Source: Eledone cirrhosa (lineage: Eukaryota). Taken from it: a stretch of DNA of 64,000 nucleotides. The notes beneath the pieces are model-generated. The model had not been told where the DNA came from and searched no databases. It was given only the letters and a program-made list of their open reading frames with translations. Positions 47,500 through 61,480 of the stretch are shown here, in pieces (within the stretch, counting starts at the first letter, position 1; every line of letters starts with the position of its first letter). The position numbers and the translations under genes were made by a program. The stretch covers positions 5,766,001 through 5,830,000 of the forward strand of contig OZ024756.1 in assembly GCA_964016885.1 (NCBI GenBank), in the 5' to 3' direction.

Positions 47500-50400
47500 A
47501 AGACAGTTACTATATATAGAAACACAGTTACTATATATAGAAAGACAGTTACTATATATAGACAGACACAGTTACTATATATAGACAGATACAGTTACTA
47601 TATATAGAAACACAGTTACTATATATAGAAACACGGTTACTATATATAGAAAGACAGTTACTATATATAGAAAGACAATTACTATATATAGACAGACACA
47701 GTTACTATATATAGACAGACACAGTTACTATATATAGAGAGATACAGTTACTATATATAGACAGATACAGTTACTATATATAGAAAGACAGTTACTATAT
47801 ATAGACAGATACAGTTACTATATATAGAAAGACAGTTACTATATATAGAAAGACAGTTACTATATATAGAAAGACAGTTACTATATATAGAAAGACACAG
47901 TTTCTATATATAGAAAGACAGTTACTATATATAGAAAGACATTTACTATATATAGAAAGACACAGTTACTGTATATAGAAAGACAGTTACTATATATAGA
48001 AAGACAGTTACTCTATATAGAAAGACACAGTTACTATATATAGAAAGACAGTTACTATATATAGAAAGGCAGTTACTATATATAGAAAGACAGTTACTAT
48101 GTATAGAAAGACAGTTACTATATATAGAAAGACAGTTACTATATATAGAAAGACACATTTACTATATATAGACAGACACAGTTAATTCATATAGAAAGAC
48201 AGTTACTATATATAGACAGACACAGTTACTATATATAGACAGATACAGTTACTATATATAGACAGATACAGTTACTATATATAGAAATAGTGTTACTATA
48301 TATAGAAATACAGTTACTATATATAGAAAGACACAGTTACTATTTATAGAAAGACAGTTACTATATATAGAAAGACACAGTTACTATATATAGAAAGACA
48401 GTTACTATATATAGAAATAGAGTTACTATATATAGAAAGACAATTACTATATACAGAAAGACACAGTTACTATATATAGAAAGACACAGTTACTATATAT
48501 AGAAAGACAGTTACTATACATAGAAAGACGGTTACTATATATAGAAATACAGTTACTATATATAGAAAGACAGTTGCTATATATATAAAGACACAGTTAC
48601 TATATATAGAAAGACAGTTGCTATATATAGACAGACAATTACTATATATAGAAAGACAGTTACTATATATAGAAAGACACAGTTGCTATATATAGAAAGA
48701 CACAGTTGCTATATATAGAAAGACAGTTAATATATATAGACAGACAGTTACTATATATAGAAAGACAGTTACTATATATAGAAAGACAGTTGCTATATAT
48801 AGAAAGACACAGTTACTATATATAGAAAGACAGTTACTATATATAGAAAGACAGTTGCTATATATAGACAGACAGTTACTATATATAGAAAGACAGTTAT
48901 TATATATAGCAAGACACAGTTGCTATATATAGAAAGACACAATTACTATATATAGACAGACACAGTTACTATATATAGAAAGACAGTTACTATATATAGA
49001 AAGACAGTTACTATATATAGAAAGACAATTACGATATATAGACAGACACAGTTACTATATATAGACAGACACAGTTACTATATATAGACAGATACAGTTA
49101 CTATATATAGACAGATACAGTTACTATATATAGAAAGACAGTTACTATATATAGAAATACAGTTACTATATATAGAAAGACAGTTACTATATATAGAAAG
49201 ACAGTTACTATATATAGAAACACAGTTACTATATATAGAAAGACAGTTACTATATATAGACAGACACAGTTACTATATATAGACAGATACAGTTACTATA
49301 TATAGAAACACAGTTACTATATATAGAAACACGGTTACTATATATAGAAAGACAGTTACTATATATAGAAAGACAATTACTATATATAGACAGACACAGT
49401 TACTATATATAGACAGACACAGTTACTATATATAGAGAGATACAGTTACTATATATAGACAGATACAGTTACTATATATAGAAAGACAGTTACTATATAT
49501 AGACAGATACAGTTACTATATATAGAAAGACAGTTACTATATATAGAAAGACAGTTACTATATATAGAAAGACAGTTACTATATATAGAAAGACACAGTT
49601 TCTATATATAGAAAGACAGTTACTATATATAGAAAGACATTTACTATATATAGAAAGACACAGTTACTGTATATAGAAAGACAGTTACTATATATAGAAA
49701 GACAGTTACTCTATATAGAAAGACACAGTTACTATATATAGAAAGACAGTTACTATATATAGAAAGGCAGTTACTATATATAGAAAGACAGTTACTATGT
49801 ATAGAAAGACAGTTACTATATATAGAAAGACAGTTACTATATATAGAAAGACACATTTACTATATATAGACAGACACAGTTAATTCATATAGAAAGACAG
49901 TTACTATATATAGACAGACACAGTTACTATATATAGACAGATACAGTTACTATATATAGACAGATACAGTTACTATATATAGAAATAGTGTTACTATATA
50001 TAGAAATACAGTTACTATATATAGAAAGACACAGTTACTATTTATAGAAAGACAGTTACTATATATAGAAAGACACAGTTACTATATATAGAAAGACAGT
50101 TACTATATATAGAAATAGAGTTACTATATATAGAAAGACAATTACTATATACAGAAAGACACAGTTACTATATATAGAAAGACACAGTTACTATATATAG
50201 AAAGACAGTTACTATACATAGAAAGACGGTTACTATATATAGAAATACAGTTACTATATATAGAAAGACAGTTGCTATATATATAAAGACACAGTTACTA
50301 TATATAGAAAGACAGTTGCTATATATAGACAGACAATTACTATATATAGAAAGACAGTTACTATATATAGAAAGACACAGTTGCTATATATAGAAAGACA

Positions 50401-50900
50401 CAGTTGCTATATATAGAAAGACAGTTAATATATATAGACAGACAGTTACTATATATAGAAAGACAGTTACTATATATAGAAAGACAGTTGCTATATATAG
50501 AAAGACACAGTTACTATATATAGAAAGACAGTTACTATATATAGAAAGACAGTTGCTATATATAGACAGACAGTTACTATATATAGAAAGACAGTTATTA
50601 TATATAGCAAGACACAGTTGCTATATATAGAAAGACACAATTACTATATATAGACAGACACAGTTACTATATATAGAAAGACAGTTACTATATATAGAAA
50701 GACAGTTACTATATATAGAAAGACAATTACGATATATAGACAGACACAGTTACTATATATAGACAGACACAGTTACTATATATAGACAGATACAGTTACT
50801 ATATATAGACAGATACAGTTACTATATATAGAAAGACAGTTACTATATATAGAAATACAGTTACTATATATAGAAAGACAGTTACTATATATAGAAAGAC
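47500..50900. repeat. Tandem duplication, period 1698 bp
   Basis: GAAACACGGTT at 47628/49326, GAAATAGTGTT at 48284/49982 and ORFs 47946/49644 are offset by 1698. Confidence 0.88.
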
Positions 50901-53900
50901 AGTTACTATATATAGAAAGACACAGTTTCTATATATAGAAAGACAGTTACTACATATAGAAAGACAGTTACTATATATAGAAAGACACAGTTACTATATA
51001 TAGAAAGACAGTTACTATATATAGAAAGACAGTTACTATATATAGAAAAACAGTTACTATATATAGACAGATACAGTTACTATATATAGAAAGACAGTTA
51101 CTATATATAGACATATACAGTTACTATATATAGACAGATACAGTTACTATATATAGAAAGACAGTTACTATATATAGAAAGACAGTTACTATATATAGAA
51201 AGACCGTTACTCTATATAGCAAGACAGTTATAATATATAGAAAGACAGTTACTATATATAGAAAGACAGTTATTATATATAGACAGACACAATTACTATA
51301 TATAGGCAGATACAGTTACTATATATAGAAAGACAGTTACTATATATAAAAAGACACTTACTATATATAGAAAGACAGTTACTATATATAGAAACACAGT
51401 TACTATATATAGAAAGACAGTTACTATATATAGACAGACACAGTTACTATATATAGACAGACACTGTTACTATATATAGAAAGACAGTTACTATATATAG
51501 AAAGACAGTTACTATATATAGAAAGACAGTTACTATATATAGAAAGACAGTTACTATATATAGACATATACAGTTACTATATATAGACAGATACAGTTAC
51601 TATATATAGAAAGACAGTTACTATATATAGAAAGACAGTTACTATATATAGAAAGACAGTTACTATATATAGAAAGACAGTTACTATATATAGAAAGACA
51701 GTTACTATATATAGAAAGACAGTTATTATATATAGACAGACACAATTACTATATATAGACAGATACAGTTACTATATATAGAAAGACAGTTACTATATAT
51801 AGAAAGACACTTACTATATATAGAAAGACAGTTACTATATATAGAAACACAGTTACTATATATAGAAAGACAGTTACTATATATAGACAGACACAGTTAC
51901 TATATATAGACAGATACAGTTACTATATATAGAAACACAGTTACTATATATAGAAACACGGTTACTATATATAGAAAGACAGTTACTACATATAGAAAGA
52001 CAGTTGCTATATATAGAAAGACACAGTTACTATATATAGAAAGACAGTTACTATATATAGAAAGACAGTTGCTATATATTGACAGACAGTTACTATATAT
52101 AGAAAGACAGTTACTATATATAGCAAGACACAGTTGCTATATACAGAAAGAAACAGTTACTATATATAGACAGACACAGTTACTATATATAGAAAGACAG
52201 TTACTATATATAGAAAGACAGTTACTATATATAGAAAGACAATTACTATATATAGACAGACACAGTTACTATATATAGACAGAGACAGTTACTATATATA
52301 GAGAGATACAGTTACTATATATAGACAGATACAGTTACTATATATAGAAAGACAGTTACTATATATAGACAGATACAGTTACTATATATAGAAAGACAGT
52401 TACTATATATAGAAAGACAGTTACTATATATAGAAAGACAGTTACTATATATAGAAAGACACAGTTTCTATATATAGAAAGACAGTTACTATATATAGAA
52501 AGACATTTACTATATATAGAAAGACACAGTTACTGTATATAGAAAGACAGTTACTATATATAGAAAGACAGTTACTCTATATAGAAAGACACAGTTACTA
52601 TATATAGAAAGACAGTTACTATATATAGAAAGGCAGTTACTATATATAGAAAGACAGTTACTATGTATAGAAAGACAGTTACTATATATAGAAAGACAGT
52701 TACTATATATAGAAAGACACATTTACTATATATAGACAGACACAGTTACTATATATAGAAAGACAGTTACTATATATAGACAGACACAGTTACTATATAT
52801 AGACAGATACAGTTACTATATATAGACAGATACAGTTACTATATATAGAAATAGTGTTACTATATATAGAAATACAGTTACTATATATAGAAAGACACAG
52901 TTACTATTTATAGAAAGACAGTTACTATATATAGAAAGACACAGTTACTATATATAGAAAGACAGTTACTATATATAGAAATAGAGTTACTATATATAGA
53001 ACGACAATTACTATATACAGAAAGACACAGTTACTATATATAGAAAGACACTGTTACTATATATAGAAAGACAGTTGCTATATATAGACAGACAATTACT
53101 ATATATAGAAAGACAGTTACTATATATAGAAAGACACAGTTGCTATATATAGAAAGACACAGTTGCTATATATAGAAAGACAGTTAATATATATAGACAG
53201 ACAGTTACTATATATAGAAATACAGTTACTATATATAGAAAGAGAGTTGCTATATATAGAAAGACACAGTTACTATATATAGAAAGACAGTTACTATATA
53301 TAGAAAGACACAGTTTCTATATATAGAAAGACAGTTACTATATATAGAAAGACATTTACTATATATAGAAAGACACAGTTACTGTATATAGAAAGACAGT
53401 TACTATATATAGAAAGACATTTACTATATATAGAAAGACACAGTTACTGTATATAGAAAGACAGTTACTATATATAGAAAGACAGTTACTCTATATAGAA
53501 AGACACAGTTACTATATATAGAAAGACAGTTACTATATATAGAAAGGCAGTTACTATATATAGAAAGACAGTTACTATGTATAGAAAGACAGTTACTATA
53601 TATAGAAAGACAGTTACTATATATAGAAAGACACATTTACTATATATAGACAGACACAGTTAATTCATATAGAAAGACAGTTACTATATATAGACAGACA
53701 CAGTTACTATATATAGACAGATACAGTTACTATATATAGACAGACACAGTTACTATATATAGAAAGACAGTTACTATATATAGAAAGACAGTTACTATAT
53801 ATAGAAAGACAATTACGATATATAGACAGACACAGTTACTATATATAGACAGACACAGTTACTATATATAGACAGATACAGTTACTATATATAGACAGAT

Positions 53901-56820
53901 ACAGTTACTATATATAGAAAGACAGTTACTATATATAGAAATACAGTTACTATATATAGAAAGACAGTTACTATATATAGAAAGACAGTTACTATATATA
54001 GAAAGACACAGTTTCTATATATAGAAAGACAGTTACTACATATAGAAAGACAGTTACTATATATAGAAAGACACAGTTACTATATATAGAAAGACAGTTA
54101 CTATATATAGAAAGACAGTTACTATATATAGAAAAACAGTTACTATATATAGACAGATACAGTTACTATATATAGAAAGACAGTTACTATATATAGACAT
54201 ATACAGTTACTATATATAGACAGATACAGTTACTATATATAGAAAGACAGTTACTATATATAGAAAGACAGTTACTATATATAGAAAGACCGTTACTCTA
54301 TATAGCAAGACAGTTATAATATATAGAAAGACAGTTACTATATATAGAAAGACAGTTATTATATATAGACAGACACAATTACTATATATAGGCAGATACA
54401 GTTACTATATATAGAAAGACAGTTACTATATATAAAAAGACACTTACTATATATAGAAAGACAGTTACTATATATAGAAACACAGTTACTATATATAGAA
54501 AGACAGTTACTATATATAGACAGACACAGTTACTATATATAGACAGACACTGTTACTATATATAGAAAGACAGTTACTATATATAGAAAGACAGTTACTA
54601 TATATAGAAAGACAGTTACTATATATAGAAAGACAGTTACTATATATAGACATATACAGTTACTATATATAGACAGATACAGTTACTATATATAGAAAGA
54701 CAGTTACTATATATAGAAAGACAGTTACTATATATAGAAAGACAGTTACTATATATAGAAAGACAGTTACTATATATAGAAAGACAGTTACTATATATAG
54801 AAAGACAGTTATTATATATAGACAGACACAATTACTATATATAGACAGATACAGTTACTATATATAGAAAGACAGTTACTATATATAGAAAGACACTTAC
54901 TATATATAGAAAGACAGTTACTATATATAGAAACACAGTTACTATATATAGAAAGACAGTTACTATATATAGACAGACACAGTTACTATATATAGACAGA
55001 TACAGTTACTATATATAGAAACACAGTTACTATATATAGAAACACGGTTACTATATATAGAAAGACAGTTACTACATATAGAAAGACAGTTGCTATATAT
55101 AGAAAGACACAGTTACTATATATAGAAAGACAGTTACTATATATAGAAAGACAGTTGCTATATATTGACAGACAGTTACTATATATAGAAAGACAGTTAC
55201 TATATATAGCAAGACACAGTTGCTATATACAGAAAGAAACAGTTACTATATATAGACAGACACAGTTACTATATATAGAAAGACAGTTACTATATATAGA
55301 AAGACAGTTACTATATATAGAAAGACAATTACTATATATAGACAGACACAGTTACTATATATAGACAGAGACAGTTACTATATATAGAGAGATACAGTTA
55401 CTATATATAGACAGATACAGTTACTATATATAGAAAGACAGTTACTATATATAGACAGATACAGTTACTATATATAGAAAGACAGTTACTATATATAGAA
55501 AGACAGTTACTATATATAGAAAGACAGTTACTATATATAGAAAGACACAGTTTCTATATATAGAAAGACAGTTACTATATATAGAAAGACATTTACTATA
55601 TATAGAAAGACACAGTTACTGTATATAGAAAGACAGTTACTATATATAGAAAGACAGTTACTCTATATAGAAAGACACAGTTACTATATATAGAAAGACA
55701 GTTACTATATATAGAAAGGCAGTTACTATATATAGAAAGACAGTTACTATGTATAGAAAGACAGTTACTATATATAGAAAGACAGTTACTATATATAGAA
55801 AGACACATTTACTATATATAGACAGACACAGTTACTATATATAGAAAGACAGTTACTATATATAGACAGACACAGTTACTATATATAGACAGATACAGTT
55901 ACTATATATAGACAGATACAGTTACTATATATAGAAATAGTGTTACTATATATAGAAATACAGTTACTATATATAGAAAGACACAGTTACTATTTATAGA
56001 AAGACAGTTACTATATATAGAAAGACACAGTTACTATATATAGAAAGACAGTTACTATATATAGAAATAGAGTTACTATATATAGAACGACAATTACTAT
56101 ATACAGAAAGACACAGTTACTATATATAGAAAGACACTGTTACTATATATAGAAAGACAGTTGCTATATATAGACAGACAATTACTATATATAGAAAGAC
56201 AGTTACTATATATAGAAAGACACAGTTGCTATATATAGAAAGACACAGTTGCTATATATAGAAAGACAGTTAATATATATAGACAGACAGTTACTATATA
56301 TAGAAATACAGTTACTATATATAGAAAGAGAGTTGCTATATATAGAAAGACACAGTTACTATATATAGAAAGACAGTTACTATATATAGAAAGACACAGT
56401 TTCTATATATAGAAAGACAGTTACTATATATAGAAAGACATTTACTATATATAGAAAGACACAGTTACTGTATATAGAAAGACAGTTACTATATATAGAA
56501 AGACATTTACTATATATAGAAAGACACAGTTACTGTATATAGAAAGACAGTTACTATATATAGAAAGACAGTTACTCTATATAGAAAGACACAGTTACTA
56601 TATATAGAAAGACAGTTACTATATATAGAAAGGCAGTTACTATATATAGAAAGACAGTTACTATGTATAGAAAGACAGTTACTATATATAGAAAGACAGT
56701 TACTATATATAGAAAGACACATTTACTATATATAGACAGACACAGTTAATTCATATAGAAAGACAGTTACTATATATAGACAGACACAGTTACTATATAT
56801 AGACAGATACAGTTACTATA
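50650..56820. repeat. Tandem duplication, period 3086 bp, containing an internal 914-bp repeat
   Basis: Four ORF pairs are offset by 3086 (51554/54640, 52069/55155, 52510/55596, 53424/56510), as are GAACGAC at 52999/56085 and ACGAT (G at 50731/53817). The 914-bp offset is seen at 52510/53424 and 55596/56510. Confidence 0.9.
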
Positions 56821-59800
56821 TATAGACAGATACAGTTACTATATATAGAAATAGTGTTACTATATATAGAAATACAGTTACTATATATAGAAAGACACAG
56901 TTACTATTTATAGAAAGACAGTTACTATATATAGAAAGACACAGTTACTATATATAGAAAGACAGTTACTATATATAGAAATAGAGTTACTATATATAGA
57001 AAGACAATTACTATATACAGAAAGACACAGTTACTATATATAGAAAGACACAGTTACTATATATAGAAAGACAGTTACTATACATAGAAAGACGGTTACT
57101 ATATATAGAAATACAGTTACTATATATAGAAAGACAGTTGCTATATATATAAAGACACAGTTACTATATATAGAAAGACAGTTGCTATATATAGACAGAC
57201 AATTACTATATATAGAAAGACAGTTACTATATATAGAAAGACACAGTTGCTATATATAGAAAGACACAGTTGCTATATATAGAAAGACAGTTAATATATA
57301 TAGACAGACAGTTACTATATATAGAAAGACAGTTACTATATATAGAAAGACAGTTGCTATATATAGAAAGACACAGTTACTATATATAGAAAGACAGTTA
57401 CTATATATAGAAAGACAGTTGCTATATATAGACAGACAGTTACTATATATAGAAAGACAGTTATTATATATAGCAAGACACAGTTGCTATATATAGAAAG
57501 ACACAATTACTATATATAGACAGACACAGTTACTATATATAGAAAGACAGTTACTATATATAGAAAGACAGTTACTATATATAGAAAGACAATTACGATA
57601 TATAGACAGACACAGTTACTATATATAGACAGACACAGTTACTATATATAGACAGATACAGTTACTATATATAGACAGATACAGTTATTATATATAGAAA
57701 GACAGTTACTATATATAGAAATACAGTTACTATATATAGAAAGACAGTTACTATATATAGAAAGACAGTTACTATATATAGAAAGACACAGTTTCTATAT
57801 ATAGAAAGACAGTTACTACATATAGAAAGACAGTTACTATATATAGAAAGACACAGTTACTATATATAGAAAGACAGTTACTATATATAGAAAGACAGTT
57901 ACTATATATAGAAAAACAGTTACTATATATAGACAGATACAGTTACTATATATAGAAAGACAGTTACTATATATAGAAAAACAGTTACTATATATAGACA
58001 GATACAGTTACTATATATAGAAAGACAGTTACTATATATAAAAAGACAGTTACTATATATAGAAAGACAGTTACTATATATAGACAGACACAGTTACTAT
58101 ATATGGAAAGACAGTTACTATATATAGAAAGACAGTTACTATATATCGAAAAACACAGTTACTATATATAGAAAGACAGTTACTATATATAGAAAGACAG
58201 TTACTGCATATAGAAAGACACAGTTACTATATATAGCAAGACAGTTACTATATATAGAAAGACAGTTACTATATATAGAAAGACAGTTACTATATATAGA
58301 AAGACACAGTTACTATATATAGAAAGACAGTTACTATATATCGAAAGACAGTTACTATATATAGAAAGACCGTTACTATATATAGAAAGACAGTTACTAT
58401 ATATAGAAAGATAGTTACTATATATAGAAAGACAGTTACTATATATAGAAAGACACAGTTACTATATATAGAAAGACAGTTACTATATATAGAAAGACAG
58501 TTGCTATATATAGAAAGACAGTTACTATATATAGAAAGACATTTACTATATATAGAAAGACACAGTTACTGTATATAGAAAGACAGTTACTATATATAGA
58601 AAGACAGTTACTCTATATAGAAAGACTCAGTTACTATATATAGAAAGACAGTTACTATATATAGAAAGGCAGTTACTATATATAGAAAGACAGTTACTAT
58701 GTATAGAAAGACAGTTACTATATATAGAAAGACAGTTACTATATATAGAAAGACACATTTACTATATATAGACAGACACAGTTACTATATATAGAAAGAC
58801 AGTTACTATATATAGACAGACACAGTTACTATATATAGACAGATACAGTTACTATATATAGACAGATACAGTTACTATATATAGAAATAGTGTTACTATA
58901 TATAGAAATACAGTTACTATATATAGAAAGACACAGTTACTATTTATAGAAAGACAGTTACTATATATAGAAAGACACAGTTACTATATATAGAAAGACA
59001 GTTACTATATATAGAAATAGAGTTACTATATATAGAACGACAATTACTATATACAGAAAGACACAGTTACTATATATAGAAAGACACTGTTACTATATAT
59101 AGAAAGACAGTTGCTATATATAGACAGACAATTACTATATATAGAAAGACAGTTACTATATATAGAAAGACACAGTTGCTATATATAGAAAGACACAGTT
59201 GCTATATATAGAAAGACAGTTAATATATATAGACAGACAGTTACTATATATAGAAATACAGTTACTATATATAGAAAGAGAGTTGCTATATATAGAAAGA
59301 CACAGTTACTATATATAGAAAGACAGTTACTATATATAGAAAGACACAGTTTCTATATATAGAAAGACAGTTACTATATATAGAAAGACATTTACTATAT
59401 ATAGAAAGACACAGTTACTGTATATAGAAAGACAGTTACTATATATAGAAAGACATTTACTATATATAGAAAGACACAGTTACTGTATATAGAAAGACAG
59501 TTACTATATATAGAAAGACAGTTACTCTATATAGAAAGACACAGTTACTATATATAGAAAGACAGTTACTATATATAGAAAGGCAGTTACTATATATAGA
59601 AAGACAGTTACTATGTATAGAAAGACAGTTACTATATATAGAAAGACAGTTACTATATATAGAAAGACACATTTACTATATATAGACAGACACAGTTAAT
59701 TCATATAGAAAGACAGTTACTATATATAGACAGACACAGTTACTATATATAGACAGATACAGTTACTATATATAGACAGATACAGTTACTATATATAGAA

Positions 59801-61480
59801 ATAGTGTTACTATATATAGAAATACAGTTACTATATATAGAAAGACACAGTTACTATTTATAGAAAGACAGTTACTATATATAGAAAGACACAGTTACTA
59901 TATATAGAAAGACAGTTACTATATATAGAAATAGAGTTACTATATATAGAAAGACAATTACTATATACAGAAAGACACAGTTACTATATATAGAAAGACA
60001 CAGTTACTATATATAGAAAGACAGTTACTATACATAGAAAGACGGTTACTATATATAGAAATACAGTTACTATATATAGAAAGACAGTTGCTATATATAT
60101 AAAGACACAGTTACTATATATAGAAAGACAGTTGCTATATATAGACAGACAATTACTATATATAGAAAGACAGTTACTATATATAGAAAGACACAGTTGC
60201 TATATATAGAAAGACACAGTTGCTATATATAGAAAGACAGTTAATATATATAGACAGACAGTTACTATATATAGAAAGACAGTTACTATATATAGAAAGA
60301 CAGTTGCTATATATAGAAAGACACAGTTACTATATATAGAAAGACAGTTACTATATATAGAAAGACAGTTGCTATATATAGACAGACAGTTACTATATAT
60401 AGAAAGACAGTTATTATATATAGCAAGACACAGTTGCTATATATAGAAAGACACAATTACTATATATAGACAGACACAGTTACTATATATAGAAAGACAG
60501 TTACTATATATAGAAAGACAGTTACTATATATAGAAAGACAATTACGATATATAGACAGACACAGTTACTATATATAGACAGACACAGTTACTATATATA
60601 GACAGATACAGTTACTATATATAGACAGATACAGTTATTATATATAGAAAGACAGTTACTATATATAGAAATACAGTTACTATATATAGAAAGACAGTTA
60701 CTATATATAGAAAGACAGTTACTATATATAGAAAGACACAGTTTCTATATATAGAAAGAGAGTTACTACATATAGAAAGACAGTTACTATATATAGAAAG
60801 ACACAGTTACTATATATAGAAAGACAGTTACTATATATAGAAAGACAGTTACTATATATAGAAAAACAGTTACTATATATAGACAGATACAGTTACTATA
60901 TATAGAAAGACAGTTACTATATATAGAAAAACAGTTACTATATATAGACAGATACAGTTACTATATATAGAAAGACAGTTACTATATATAAAAAGACAGT
61001 TATTATATATAGAAAGACAGTTACTATATATAGACAGACACAGTTACTATATATGGAAAGACAGTTACTATATATAGAAAGACAGTTACTATATATCGAA
61101 AAACACAGTTACTATATATAGAAAGACAGTTACTATATATAGAAAGACAGTTACTGCATATAGAAAGACACAGTTACTATATATAGAAAGACAGTTACTA
61201 TATATAGAAAGACAGTTACTATATATAGAAAGACAGTTACTATATATAGAAAGACACAGTTACTATATATAGAAAGACAGTTACTATATATCGAAAGACA
61301 GTTACTATATATAGAAAGACCGTTACTATATATAGAAAGACAGTTACTATATATAGAAAGATAGTTACTATATATAGAAAGACAGTTACTATATATAGAA
61401 AGACACAGTTACTATATATAGAAAGACAGTTACTATATATAGAAAGACAGTTGCTATATATAGAAAGACAGTTACTATAT
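55580..61480. repeat. Tandem duplication, period 2950 bp, overlapping the 3086-bp duplication
   Basis: GAACGAC at 56085/59035, GAAATAGTGTT at 55934/58884 and 56848/59798, and ORFs 56510/59460 are offset by 2950. Confidence 0.88.

Noticed and set aside
50650-56820. 3086-bp period as the same unit as the 3076-bp period of domain 1
   Set aside because: Marker content and order differ (TTAATTC, ACGAT and GAACGAC versus GACCGAC, TATGG and ACTTTAT), so the similar length appears coincidental.
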